Below, one piece after another: positions 35,101 to 48,340 of a stretch of DNA of 64,000 nt. Position 1 is the stretch's first letter. Each line of letters opens with the position of its first letter. The position numbers and the translations under genes are program-made. The DNA comes from Owenia fusiformis (taxonomy: Eukaryota): assembly GCA_903813345.2 (NCBI GenBank), contig CAIIXF020000001.1, positions 29,760,001 to 29,824,000 on the forward strand, read 5' to 3'. The notes under the pieces were generated by a model. That model did not search any database and was not told the origin of the DNA. It worked only from the letters and a program-made list of their open reading frames with translations.

Positions 35101-38100
35101 ATTTGTTTACATTAATATGGAACATATATTCCAAAAAAGGGGCCATTCAATATAAACACGTGACCTTGGATTGAATGTACTTGTGATATTGTATGTTTGG
35201 TGATATTATGGATAACTTTGATTTTAATAGGACTAAAATACCTGTTGCCAACAAGTTAAATTGGATCCAATAATAAGAATTTCAAAAAATACTGATTTTT
35301 ATTAAGTTAACATGACCTACAATAATTGACAATAAATTGAAATTGGTTTTCATAAATTAAACTTTTTTTAAATTTATTCTAATGATAAACCGATATAAAG
35401 TTGTTTTTAAGATTTAACTTTTTGATTTAAAACTTGACTGTATAAACATTTGAAATTAGATTCAGGCAATATTTTGTAGAGATTTGCTGACCTGTTCCAT
35501 ATAGATGTAGGTATGTAATTGTTGTGTACCTTTATTACCATATAGGCGGGACAACTTTGGCAAGATCAACTTCTGCAACTGCAACATCAACTCAAGCTCC
35601 CACAGCATCAACTTCTGCAACTGCAACCTCAACTCAAGCTCCCACAGCATCAACTACTGCAACTGCAACCTCAACTCAAGCTCCCACAGCATCAACTACT
35701 GCAACTGCAACATCAACTCAAGCTCCCACAGCATCAACTTCTGTAACTGCAACATCAACTCAAGCTCCCACAGCATCAACTTCTGCAACTGCAACCTCAA
35801 CTCAAGCTCCCACAGCATCAACTTCTGCAACTGCAACATCAACTCAGGCTCCCATTACAACACAATCTCCCTCTACAAATCAAATTCCTGCTAGAGCAAA
35901 ACAACTGTTGAAGAATGATGAGCTTGAGGACGATGGGCTTGGAGAAAGTGACCATGGATCTGGGGGTACCTGTAATTGTGGGCCAGCTGATGATGGTTAC
36001 GTGTTCAAGTCAAGCAAATGTATGTGGGGAAATGAACTTGTAAGTAATGCACAAATACTCATTCTAAAATTTTTATTCTAATTTCAATTAAAAGTAAATG
36101 TTATTATATATTGAAATTGTTAATATAGGATATATTATATTTGACAGATTTGAATATGATATATCCTTGTACAGGGTGAGCCAAAAGGTCATCCAGTATG
36201 GATTAAGTCACATTTAACATAAATCAACCTTGTTCAATGTTCTTTATTTCTATCAAGTTTCATTAGTTTATGTCCAATGGTCACAATTTTATGGCCATTT
36301 TCCAAAACATGCTCCAAATGCCAAAACATACCAAAATCACCCAATATGAAATCCTGTAATTTTATCTTTGGGGCCATTTCAAAGATAATATCGACATTAA
36401 CAACCCTAGAAGCAGCAGAGAGTTGAAGCAAGAGATGAGAAGGCAAATGAGAGTCATTACACAAGATATCTGTGAGCGTGTAATCAGAAAACTTCACCCG
36501 ATGCATTCAAGTTTGCCTCCAAAAACAAGACTGGCATTTTGACGATGTTTTGTAAAATGTCCATATAATCGTGACCATTTGGAATTGACCAATGACATGT
36601 AGAAGAATGAAAGACCATTGAACAAGGTTCAATTGTGCCAAATATGACCTTTAAACCAATACTGGATGACTGCGAAATTAAGATTTGATTGGGTTACCTT
36701 TTTTTGGCTCACCTTGTACATTCTATGTTGCAGGCAGGTTGCTTTAAGATATATGACACTCCTGGTGATGATGAGACTATTTGGGAAGATGCAGAAGAAA
36801 GATGTAGAAAGGAGGGGGCTCATCTTTCCAGATGGAATAGTCCTGGTTGTCTTAATGATATACAAACATATTTTAGAGAGCAAAGTAAGAATATTTTACA
36901 ATTAAGAGGCATTGTTTGTTGAAATCTTCATAGGTGGATTTTTCTTTTGCTTTCAGAGTCTGATTTACAAGGTCTGAGCAAATTGTTAAACTTATTACAT
37001 ATGTAACATAATATGAATGAATTGAAGTATGAAAATAAATGTATATGTATTTATTAATAATATGCATATTGTAATAATAATATTTCAATAGGAAATGAAC
37101 TATACCTGATGAAGTTGACTTGAAATATATAAAGCATAAGATTTCAGAATTAGGGTATATGAAATATTTAAGAAATATAGACTTAAGAGCAGGGGTAATA
37201 TAATCAAATACACCCCGCATGGCTAGGCACAAACGTCTTCTGTACCCCAAACAACCGAAGTGAGTGAGGGGTTCGAAAGCTTTTGTGCTTAGCCCTAAGG
37301 GGTGTATTCGACGATATTACACCTGCTCTGAGGTCTATATTACAATTCAAACAGGAAAACTCCCCAAAATGTTTAGAATATTCATTATGGTCTGTCATTT
37401 TTACTGCCCACCATTATGTCACTCATTTCTCGTATTACTAGGGGTATTGTTCACGAATATACCCCGGGTGAAATGTTGACTTTGTTCACAGTTTATAGAA
37501 AGTGTGGATACAGTCATGTTTGAATATTTGTTCATCTCATATAAATATCAACTTCCATGCTATGTATGTTTCAGACTATCCATCCTCGAGACATTTTTGG
37601 ACATGCGCTCAAGATCCTCCATACAATTTTACATGTGACCGTAAGTTGCATCAAAATATTTTTAACATTGTTTCACAAATAGCAGCCTACTATATAAATG
37701 ATTTTTTTAAATATTGAATCAGATTTTGAAAAAAGGATGTGATCTTTTTGAGGATTGAATTGAATAGTGTTATTTCAATCCAATATAATTCCCCTACACA
37801 TCAGCAAAGTTGAGTAGAGAGTGAGAGAGGATCTAGAGAGTAAGACTACAAATTAATAAAATGCCTTTTAAAATTGTTGTTTTATTGATCTTAGCTACAA
37901 GAATAGAATATACAAATGGGGAAGAGCAGAAAAACTCTGCAGGATGCTACACATACCATCATAAGAGTAACTCCTTTACTGAAATATTCCATATGCAATG
38001 CCAAGCACATAAGATGTTTATGTGTCAACGTTTATGCTCAGGTGAGTATTGGTTGAATCTTAGATATGGAGCACTAACATTATTGTTATGCTATTATTTG

Positions 38101-41100
38101 TGGTTTCAAGCTGACATATGTTCACTTAAACGTTTTCAAATGACACAAAATATATTAGATTATTACATATTCCGTGGAAATATAGTTATTTCATTGTTGT
38201 GTACTTTTATTACCATATAGGTGGGGCAAGTTTGGCTGCATCAACTTCTGGAACTGCAACATCAACTCAAGCTCCCACAGCATCAACTTCTGCAACATCA
38301 ACTCAAGCTCCCATTACAACACAATCTCCCTCTACAACTCAACTTCCTGCAACAACAGAACAACAGCTTGAAGACGATGGGCTTGGAGAAAGTGGGCTTG
38401 GATCTGGTGATACCTGTAATTGTGGACCAGCTGATGAGGGTTTTGTGTTCAAGTCAGACAAATGTATGTGGGGAGATAAAATAGTAAGTTAGACACAATT
38501 ACACATTCTTCAATAAAAAGACTTGAATTGAATCTACAAAATGGTACGATCAAGTTTGATGTAATGATTTTTACTTTGTTGACTTCTAGATACAGCTAAT
38601 AGCGAATGACTTTGGTTATTACATGACATGGTTAACGATATAATATATCCTTGTATGTTTTGTGTTGCAGGCAGGTTGCTTTAAGATATATGACACTCCT
38701 GGTGATGATGAGACTATTTGGGAAGATGCAGAAGAAAGATGTAGAAAGGAGGGGGCTCATCTTTCCAGATGGAATAGTCCTGGTTGTCTTAATGATATAC
38801 AAACATATTTTAGAGAGCAAAGTAAGAATATTTTACAACTAAGGGCATGGTTTGTTGAACTCTCCATAGGTGGATTTTTTGTTATGCTTTCACCAAGAAC
38901 ATTAAAGAGGTAGTAATATTATATTCCTCATTTTTCTGACTGGTATTCAGAGTCTGGCATACAATGTCAGTGGCAAATTATTAAATTTTTGATATGAACA
39001 CAATGTTTCAATACTATCTTCTAGCAGTTACAATGGCAGTGCATTTACAAACATGAGAAAAAACTCACCTTCTGACATTTTCAGACATCCATTTGATTTC
39101 AAAACCCATATGTTAACAAAATGTGATACATTCATTTTTGTTTTAATGAAGTATTAATTCAAGAGGAAATGGGTTATAACCGTAGAAGTTAATGTTAAAG
39201 AAGCTTGGAATACATGAAATAAATACAAGATTTCAGAATTTGAGTAATAAAATTGTATGATATATTCTTTGTTTATCTGCAATAGATCTCAATTCCCGTG
39301 TTATATATGTATGTGACTTTGTCTGTATTTCAGTAATGTTATGTTTTCAGACTATCCATCCTCCAGACATTTTTGGACATGTGCCCAAGATCCTCCATAC
39401 AATTTTACATGTGACCGTAAGTTATACCAAAATATTTTTAACATCTTTCTCAAACTGCAGCCTAGTGTTAAAAATTGAATAAATTTAAGGAGCGAAGCAG
39501 ATTTTAAAAATAGAATGTGGTCTTTGTTGGAATGATTGAATTGAATAGTCTTGATTCAGTCCAATTTGATTACTCCACACATTAGCAAATTTAAGTAGAA
39601 AGGGGAAGGGGAAAGTATACATGAGGCTATAAATTAATGAAACATTGTGCTTTAATTTAATGATTTTAGCGACAAGGGAAGAATTTACAAATGATGGAAA
39701 GCAGAAAAATACTCCAGGATGCTACACCTACCATCACAAGAGTAACTCCTTTACTGAAATATTCCATATGCAATGCCAAGCACATAAGATGTTTATGTGT
39801 CAACGTTTATGCTCAGGTGAGTATTGGTTGAATCTTAGATATGGAGCAGTGCCAGTATACATTATTGTTATGCTATTATTTGTGGTTTCAAGCTGACGTA
39901 TGTTCACTTAAACGTTTTCAAATGACACAAAATATATTAGAATATTACATATTCTGTGGAAATATAGATATTTCTTTGTTGTGTACTCTTTATTATTACC
40001 ATATAGGTGGGGCAAGTTTGGCGGCATCAACTTCTGCAACTGCAACCTCAACTAAAGCTCCCACAGCATCAACTTCTGCAACATCAACTCAAGCTCCCAT
40101 TACAACACAACCTCCCTCTACAACTCAACTTCCTGCAACAACAGAACAGCTTGGAGAAGATGGGCTTGGAGAAAGTGAGTTTGGATCTGGTGATACCTGT
40201 AATTGTGGACCAGCTGATGAGGGTTTCGTGTTCAAGTCAGACAAATGTATGTGGGGAGATAAAATAGTAAGTTAGATACAATTACACATTCTTCAATAAA
40301 AAGACTTGAATTGAATCTACAAAATGGTATGATCAAGTTTGGTGTAATGATGTTTACTTTGTTGACTTCTAGGTACAACTAATAGCGAATGGCTTTGGTT
40401 ATTACATGACATGATTAATGATATAATATATCCTTGTATGTTTTGTGTTGCAGGCAGGTTGCTTTAAGATATATGACACTCCTGGTGATGATGAGACTAT
40501 TTGGGAGGATGCAGAAGAAAGATGTAGAAAGGAGGGAGCTCATCTTTCCAGATGGAATAGTCCTGGTTGTCTTAATGATATACAAACATATTTTAGAGAG
40601 CAAAGTAAGAATATTTTACAACTAAGGGCACTGTTTGTTGAACTCTCCATAGGTGGATTTTTTGTTATGCTTTCACCAAGAACATTAAAGAGGTAGTAAT
40701 ATTATATTCCTCATTTTTCTGACTGGTATTCAGAGTCAGGCATACAATGTCTGTGGCAAATTATTAAATTTTTGATATGAACACAATGTTTCAATACTAT
40801 CTTCTAGCAGTTACAATGGCAGTGCATTTACAAACATGAGAAAAAACTCACCTTCTGACATTTTCAGACATCCATTTGATTTCAAAACCCATATGTTAAC
40901 AAAATGTGATACATTCATTTTTGTTTTAATGAAGTATTAATTCAAGAGGAAATGGGTTATAACCGTAGAAGTTAATTTTAAAGAAGCTTGGAATACATGA
41001 AATAAATACAAGATTTCAGAATTTGAGTAATAAAATTGTATGATATATTCTTTGTTTATCTGCAATAGATCTCAATTCCCGTGTTATATATGTATGTGAC

Positions 41101-44100
41101 TTTGTCTGTATTTCAGTACTGCTATGTTTTCAGACTATCCATCCTCCAGACATTTTTGGACATGTGCCCAAGATCCTCCATACAATTTTACATGTGACCG
41201 TAAGTTATACCAAAATATTTTTAACATCTTTCTCAAACTGCAGCCTAGTGTTAAAAATTGAATAAATTTAAGGAGCGAAGCAGATTTTAAAAATAGAATG
41301 TGGTCTTTGTTGGAATGATTGAATTGAATAGTCTTGATTCAGTCCAATTTGATTACTCTACACATTAGCAAATTTAAGTAGAAAGGGGAAGGGGAGAGTA
41401 TACATGAGGCTATAAATTAATGAAACATTGTGCTTTAATTTAATGATTTTAGCGACAAGGGAAGAATTTACAAATGATGGAAAGCAGAAAAATACTCCAG
41501 GATGCTACACCTACCATCACAAGAGTAACTCCTTTACTGAAATATTCAAGATGCAGTGCCAAGCACATAAGATGTTTATGTGTCAACGTTTATGCTCAGG
41601 TGAGTATTGGTTGAATCTTAGATATGGAGCAGTATACATTATTGTTATGCTATTATTTGTGGTTTCAAGCTGACATATGTTCACTTAAACGTTTTCAAAT
41701 GACACAAAATATATTAGATTATTACATATTCCGTGGAAATATAGTTATTTCATTGTTGTGTACTTTTATTACCATATAGGTGGGGCAAGTTTGGCTGCAT
41801 CAACTTCTGGAACTGCAACATCAACTCAAGCTCCCACAGCATCAACTTCTGCAACTGCAACATCAACTCAAGCTCCCATTACAACACAACCTCCCTCTAC
41901 AACTCAACTTCCTGCAACAACAGAACAGCTTGGAGAAGATGGGCTTGGAGAAAGTGAGTTTGGATCTGGTGATACATGTAATTGTGGACCAGCTGATGAG
42001 GGTTTTGTGTTCAAGTCAGACAAATGTATGTGGGGAGATAAAATAGTAAGTTAGACACAATTACACATTCTTCAATAAAAATACTTGAATTGAATCTACA
42101 AAATGGTATGATCAAGTTTGGTGTCATGATGTTTACTTTGTTGACTTCTAGGTACAACTAATAGCGAATGACTTTGGTTATTACATGACATGGTTAACGA
42201 TATAATATATCCTTGTATGTTTTGTGTTGCAGGCAGGTTGCTTTAAGATATATGACACTCCTGGTGATGATGAGACTATTTGGGAAGATGCAGAAGAAAG
42301 ATGTAGAAAGGAGGGAGCTCATCTTTCCAGATGGAATAGTCCTGGTTGTCTTAATGATATACAAACATATTTTAGAGAGCAAAGTAAGAATATTTTACAA
42401 CTAAGGGCACTGTTTGTTGAACTCTCCATAGGTGGATTTTTTGTTATGCTTTCACCAAGAACATTGAAGAGGTAGTAATATTATATCCCTCATTTTCCTG
42501 ACTGGTATTCAGAGTGTGGCATACAATGTCTGTGGCAAATTATTAAATTTTTGATATGAACACAATGTTTGTATACTATCTTCTAGCAGTTACAATGGCA
42601 GTGCATTTACAAACATGAGAAAAAACTCACCTTCTGACATTTTCAGACATCCATTTGATTTCAAAACCCATATGTTAACAAAATGTGATACATTCATTTT
42701 TGTTTTAATGAAGTATTAATTCAAGAGGAAATGGGTTATAACCGTAGAAGTTAATGTTAAAGAAGCTTGGAATACATGAAATAAATACAAGATTTCAGAA
42801 TTTGAGTAATAAAATTGTATGATATATTCTTTGTTTATCTGCAATAGATCTCAATTCCCGTGTTATATATGTATGTGACTTTGTCTGTATTTCAGTACTG
42901 TTATGTTTTCAGACTATCCATCCTCCAGACATTTTTGGACATGTGCCCAAGATCCTCCATACAATTTTACATGTGACCGTAAGTTTCATCAAAATATTTT
43001 TAACATCTTTCTCAAACTGCAGCCTAGTGTTAAAAATTGAATAAATTTAAGGAGCGAAGCAGATTTTAAAAATAGAATGTGGTCTTTGTTGGAATGATTG
43101 AATTGAATAGTCTTGATTCAGTCCAATTTGATTACTCTACACATTAGCAAATTTAAGTAGAAAGGGGAAGGGGAGAGTATACATGAGGCTATAAATTAAT
43201 GAAACATTGTGCTTTAATTTAATGATTTTAGCGACAAGGGAAGAATTTACAAATGATGGAAAGCAGAAAAATACTCCAGGATGCTACACCTACCATCACA
43301 AGAGTAACTCCTTTACTGAAATATTCCATATGCAATGCCAAGCACATAAGATGTTTATGTGTCAACGTTTATGCTCAGGTGAGTATTGGTTGAATCTTAG
43401 ATATGGAGCAGTATACATTATTGTTATGCTTTTATTTGTGGTTTGAAGCTGTATGAACAATTAAAGTTTTCAAATGACTCAAAATATATTAGAATATTAC
43501 ATATTCTGTGGAAATATAGATATTTCATTGTTATGTACTCTTTATTATTACCATATAGGTGGGGCAAGTTTGGCGGCATCAACTTCTGCAACTGCAACCT
43601 CAACTAAAGCTCCCACAGCATCAACTTCTGCAACTGCAACATCAACTCAAGCTCCCATTACAACACAACCTCCCTCTACAACTCAACTTCCTGCAACAAC
43701 AGAACAGCTTGGAGAAGATGGGCTTGGAGAAAGTGGGCTTGGATCTGGTGATACCTGTAATTGTGGACCAGCTGATGAGGGTTTTGTGTTCAAGTCAGAC
43801 AAATGTATGTGGGGAGATAAAATAGTAAGTTAGACACAATTACACATTCTTCAATAAAAAGACTTGAATTGAATCTACAAAATGGTACGATCAAGTTCGG
43901 TGTAATAATTTTTAATCTGTCGACTTTTAGGTACAACTAATAGCGAATGACTTCGGTTTTTACATGACATGTTTAATATAATATATCCTTGTATGTTTTG
44001 TGTTGCAGGCAGGTTGCTTCAAGATATATGACACTCCTGGTGATAATGAGACTATTTGGGAAGATGCAGAAGAAAGATGTAGAAAGGAGGGAGCTCATCT

Positions 44101-47100
44101 TTCCAGATGGAATAGTCCTGGTTGTCTTAATGATATACAAACATATTTTAGAGAGCAAAGTAAGAATATTTTACAATTAGAGGCATTGTTTGTTGAACTC
44201 TTCATAGGTGGATCTTTTTGTTTGGCATACAATGTCTGTGGCAAATTATTAAACTTTTGATATGAACACAATGTTTCAATACTATCTTCTAGCAGTTACA
44301 ATGGCAGTGCATTTACAAACATGAGAAAAACACACCTGTCTGACATTTTCAGACATCCATTTGATTTCAAAACCAATATACAGGGTGTCTCAAAAAATGT
44401 ACCCAAAAGTATATCAAGAGGACAGATAAACCAATCAATATTTTCAGACATTTTTTGCAGGGTCATGTAGCCAAAACATGAAAGTTTTCTCCCCAATACA
44501 CCATTTTTATTTCAGTCTTGTCTTCTTAATGCTTTAACCCTTTACCTTTTACACCACATATTCAATGTAACCTCATATTTCGATGACAGGCTGTATCCTT
44601 ACTGCTACATTGTTCATCACATTTGATAATAATTCCGGTGGAATGTTTTGGATTTCTCTATGGATGTTGCCCTTAAGTTGTTCTAGGTCTTTTTGCTTGG
44701 AATTAGCATTAAAACACTCCTTCAAATAGCCACAGAGAAAGATGTTTGAGGATGACGATGGCAGAACAAACACAGATGATCAGGTCAATTATCGGCAAAT
44801 GATTCAGGAGTTACCTTCCAGAGTTAGGCAGGCTAGCCTGGACACCAAATGATATCCAAATGAAAACACAGTGCTCTCAAATTGATACACACAACAAAAG
44901 CTCCCCTAGAATCCACACCAATGCAGTTTCTTGAACCTCTGACTTCTCTGTATAAGGGGGCTATAAGACATTGTGAGGGCCTCCCTATTCACCATATTTG
45001 ATGGCCCATACTTTTTTCTCTGAGGCTATTTGAAGGACCATTTTTATGCTAAACCCAAGCTAAGAGACCTAGAACAACTTAAGACCAGCATCCGAACAGA
45101 AATCAAAACATTCCACCAGAAATATCAAATGTGATGAACAATGTAGTAGTAAGGATACAGACTGTCATGGAAATATGATGTTACATTGAATATGTGGTGT
45201 AAAAGGTAACGGGTTAAAGTATCAAAAAGGCAAAACTGAATTAAAAACTGTGTATAGGGGAAAAATACTTTCATCTTTTATCTACAAGACCATGCATAAA
45301 ATGTCTGAAAATATTGATTGGTTTGTCTATGGTGTTGATATACTTTTGGGTACATTTTTGTGATACACCCTATATATGTTAACAAAATGTGATACATTCA
45401 TTTTTGTTTTAATAAAGTATTAATTCAAGAGGAAATGGGTTATACGAGGGGTGATCAATAAGTAATGGACTCTTTTTTACACAGATACTTTTTATAGACC
45501 AATCCCTTTGATTTTCCTACCAGTGATACATCATTCAATTATCTATCAATTCTGAAGATTTGAAGACAAAATATATAATACATATTGATATATCCTTATT
45601 TCCGTGAAGGAGGTACAGGTACCCCAGGACCGACATTTACGTCACATATTCAGTTTTTAGCCATTTTGGTAAATTTCAGTTAGATTGGAACTTTTTATGT
45701 GCAACAAGTGTTGTGTTGTTTGAATTTTTTTGCTGACTGGTAACACATAAACAGAAAGTATTGTGATGTCAGAGTGTTGTATGGAAGGGGTTTGCAGGTC
45801 AATTTGAGAAAGCATTGTGGAAGAAAGGGTTGGTGAGAGAAGGGCACACCCTACTCCATATGGACAATGCACCTGCCCACAGATCTCAAAATGTTCAGAA
45901 AACAATATCCCTGGAACTCAAGATCGAGCCCTTGGCCAATGCACCATATTGTCCAGATCTGCTCACATGTGACTTGTTTATTTCAATACTACTTATTTCT
46001 ATAGAGAAAGGATGCAGGTTTATTGACATTGATGAAATAAACATGATAAAACAACCCGTGCAACTGCATCTGGCTACCATGTCAGAGAATGGATTCAGCC
46101 TTGTCTCACAATCTTGAGTTAAGAGGATGAGGAATTGTGTACATGTAGCACTTTATGGAACCTATAGAGGGCCCTGTGGAATGAATGTGGCATGAATACC
46201 ACATAGTGATGATAAAATATTCAAAATCAACTATGGCAAAACAAAATGGGGTAATTCATGACCATAATGGTTTGTTTTGTTCAGCCTGCATTCATGTTAA
46301 ACAAGCTAAAATAGCTTCAGAATATGTGACGTAAATGTCGGTCCTGGGGTACCTGTACCCCCTTCACAGAAATAAGGATATATCAACATGTATTATACAT
46401 TTTGTCTTCAAATCTTCAGAGTTGATAGATAATTGAATGATGTATCACTGGTAAAAAAATCGAAGGGATTGGTCTATAAAAGCATCTGTGTAAAAAAGCG
46501 TCCATTACTTATTGATCACCCCTCGTAACCGTAGAAGTTAATGTTAAAGAAGCTTGGAATACATGAAATAAATACAAGATTTCAGAATTTGAGTTATAAA
46601 ATTGTATGATATATTCTTTGTTTATCAACAATAGATCTCAATTACTGTGTTATGTATGTATGTGACTTTGTCTGTATATCAGTACTGTTATATTTTCAGA
46701 CTATCCATCCTCAAGACATTTTTGGACATGTGCCCAAGATCCTCCATACAATTTTACATGTGACCGTAAGTTTCATCAAAATATTTTTAACATCTTTCTC
46801 AAACTGCAGCCTAGTGTTAAAAAATTGAATAAATTTAAGGAGCAAAGCAGATTTTAAAAATAGAATGTGATCTTTGTTGGAATGATTGAATTAAATAGTC
46901 TTGATTCAGTCCAATTTGATTACTCTACATATTAGCAAAGTTAAGTAGAAAGGAGAAGGGGAGAGTATATATTAGGCTATAAATTAATGAAACATTATGC
47001 TTTAATGATCTTAGCGACAAGGAAAGAATATACAAACGATGGAAGGCAGAAAAATACTCCAGGATGCTACACATACCATCACAAGAGTAACTCCTTTACT

Positions 47101-47193
47101 GAAATATTCAAGATGCAATGTCAAGCACATAAGATGTTTATGTGTCAACGTTTATGCTCAGGTGAAAGTGAGCTTGGATTTGAAGGTGAGTGA
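32172..47193 (+). CDS. Probably secreted multidomain protein: VWA + five [Ser/Thr-rich linker + C-type lectin-like domain] modules, ~1420 aa
   Basis: Exons 32172-32195, 32522-32612 (GC donor), 32858-33286 and 33935-34186 (VWA: DIMVVLDGSSS, TRTDLAL, ILETDG), 34686-34748. Cassettes: U1 35546-36039/36734-36884/37575-37640/37895-38041; U2 38221-38483/38671-38821/39351-39416/39670-39816; U3 40007-40266/40454-40604/41134-41199/41453-41599; U4 41780-42045/42233-42383/42913-42978/43232-43378; U5 43559-43824/44009-44159/46700-46765/47015-47193. CTLD hallmarks: CFKIY, WEDAEERCRKEGAHL, FWT, GCY, C....FMCQ. The 3' end is uncertain (possible donor at 47185). Confidence 0.85.
35566..35852 (+). repeat. Coding 42-bp (14-aa STSATATSTQAPTA) mucin-like repeat, ~7 copies
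   Basis: tcaacttctgcaactgcaacatcaactcaagctcccacagca repeated in frame; only ~2 copies in the other units. Confidence 0.93.
36172..36716 (+). mobile_element. Tc1/mariner deletion derivative in a unit-1 intron
   Basis: ta|cagggtgagccaaaa ... ttttggctcaccttg|ta; decayed transposase remnant resembling PKSPNMKSC-FYLWGHFKD; absent from the sister units. Confidence 0.8.
44381..45372. mobile_element. Tc1/mariner-derived foldback element in a unit-5 intron
   Basis: ta|cagggtgtctcaaaaaatgtacccaaaagt ... acttttgggtacatttttgtgatacacccta|ta; ~350-bp inverted arms carrying transposase C-terminal remnant FLCGYLK...DLEQLK... Confidence 0.82.
45445..46525 (+). mobile_element. Decayed mariner element with ~210-bp TIRs
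   Basis: ta|cgaggggtgatcaataagt ... acttattgatcacccctcg|ta; remnant LLHMDNAPAH and APYCPDLLTCD (mariner DNAxxH and YSPDL motifs); empty site gggttataaccgt in the sister units. Confidence 0.9.
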
Positions 47194-47302
47194 TGCTTGA
47201 ATCTTAGATATGGAATAACACAGGTTATCTTTATGCTATTAAATTCAAAATACTGTTTACAAATTCATTTTGGTCAAAGGAACAAGGCATCCATGAGAGA
47301 TA

Positions 47303-48340
47303 AACTAGAAAATAGCATTTCCATGGAGTAGCAACTCCCACCAAATAAACATATTTTAAGATAAGAATAAAAACCTTATTATTTGACTCTTGAGCATGCA
47401 GAGTCCTTTATATGTCTCTTGAGCATCAGCATATTAAACTTAAATCCATCAATTTGTATTTGAATTATTTTTCATAAAAAATGGTGGCTATTTTTAATGG
47501 CCATATTTAAAATGCCTTTTTGAGTAAAGGTCCTTTGCCTACATTTTTACAAAAAATGGCAGCCATTTTGAAAAGATTAAACATCCTTTCCTCTAGACAT
47601 CAGCAGGCAAAATTTGAACCAAATCTGTCCACTGATATTTCAGCTAACAAAGATAACTTTTTTTTCATGAATAATGGCATCCATTCTGAAATTCAATTGC
47701 CATCTTGGAAATTTTTTTTTGAGCAGAGCTCCTTTGTCCCTAGGTATCATTTTGAATCAAATCTTTGAACTAGTATTGTGTTATCAAAGACTACATTGTT
47801 GCCATTTTGAATAACGCAGACATCTTGAAAATGACTTTCTTCAGTGAACCTAGGGCATTGGCATGTAAAATTTGAACCAGATCTGTCCATTGATATTCAA
47901 GTTATCAGTGATTATATTTTTTTCACAAAAAATGGTGGCCATTTTGAAATTCAGTGGCCATCTTGAAAATTTCTTCTGAAGCAGAGCTCACAGTCAATAG
48001 GTATCAGCATGTAAAATATGAACCAAATTCGCTCACCACTATATCAAATATTACATTTTTTAAAGAAAAATGACGAAACCATCTTGGAAATGTCTTCTTG
48101 AGCAGAGCTCCTTTGTCCCTAGACATCAGCATATTAAATCTGAACTAAATCCATCAACTTGTATGTGACTTATGGTAGCCATTTTGATTTGAGTGGCCAT
48201 ATTGAATATTTCTTCTCAACCAGAGGTCCTACAAACATAAGGCATAAGCCTACAAAATGTGAACTAAATCCATTGACAAGTGTTTGATTTGATGTACGAA
48301 ATGACAGAAAGCTTCTCTCAAATTTCATTCAGTGGGATAA
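47303..48340 (-). mobile_element. Degenerate Helentron-associated element
   Basis: Ends aactagaaaatagc..gagtagcaactccca and gtgggataa match the family at 62248-63012; internal gccattttg/tttgaacca repeats. Confidence 0.6.

Larger units (their letters stand above)
35520..47215 (+). repeat. Five tandem ~1.78-kb genomic units (exons plus introns) encoding the lectin modules
   Basis: Homologous linker exons start at 35546, 38221, 40007, 41780, 43559 (periods 1786, 1773, 1779 for U2-U5). Introns are near-identical between U2-U5. Confidence 0.95.
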
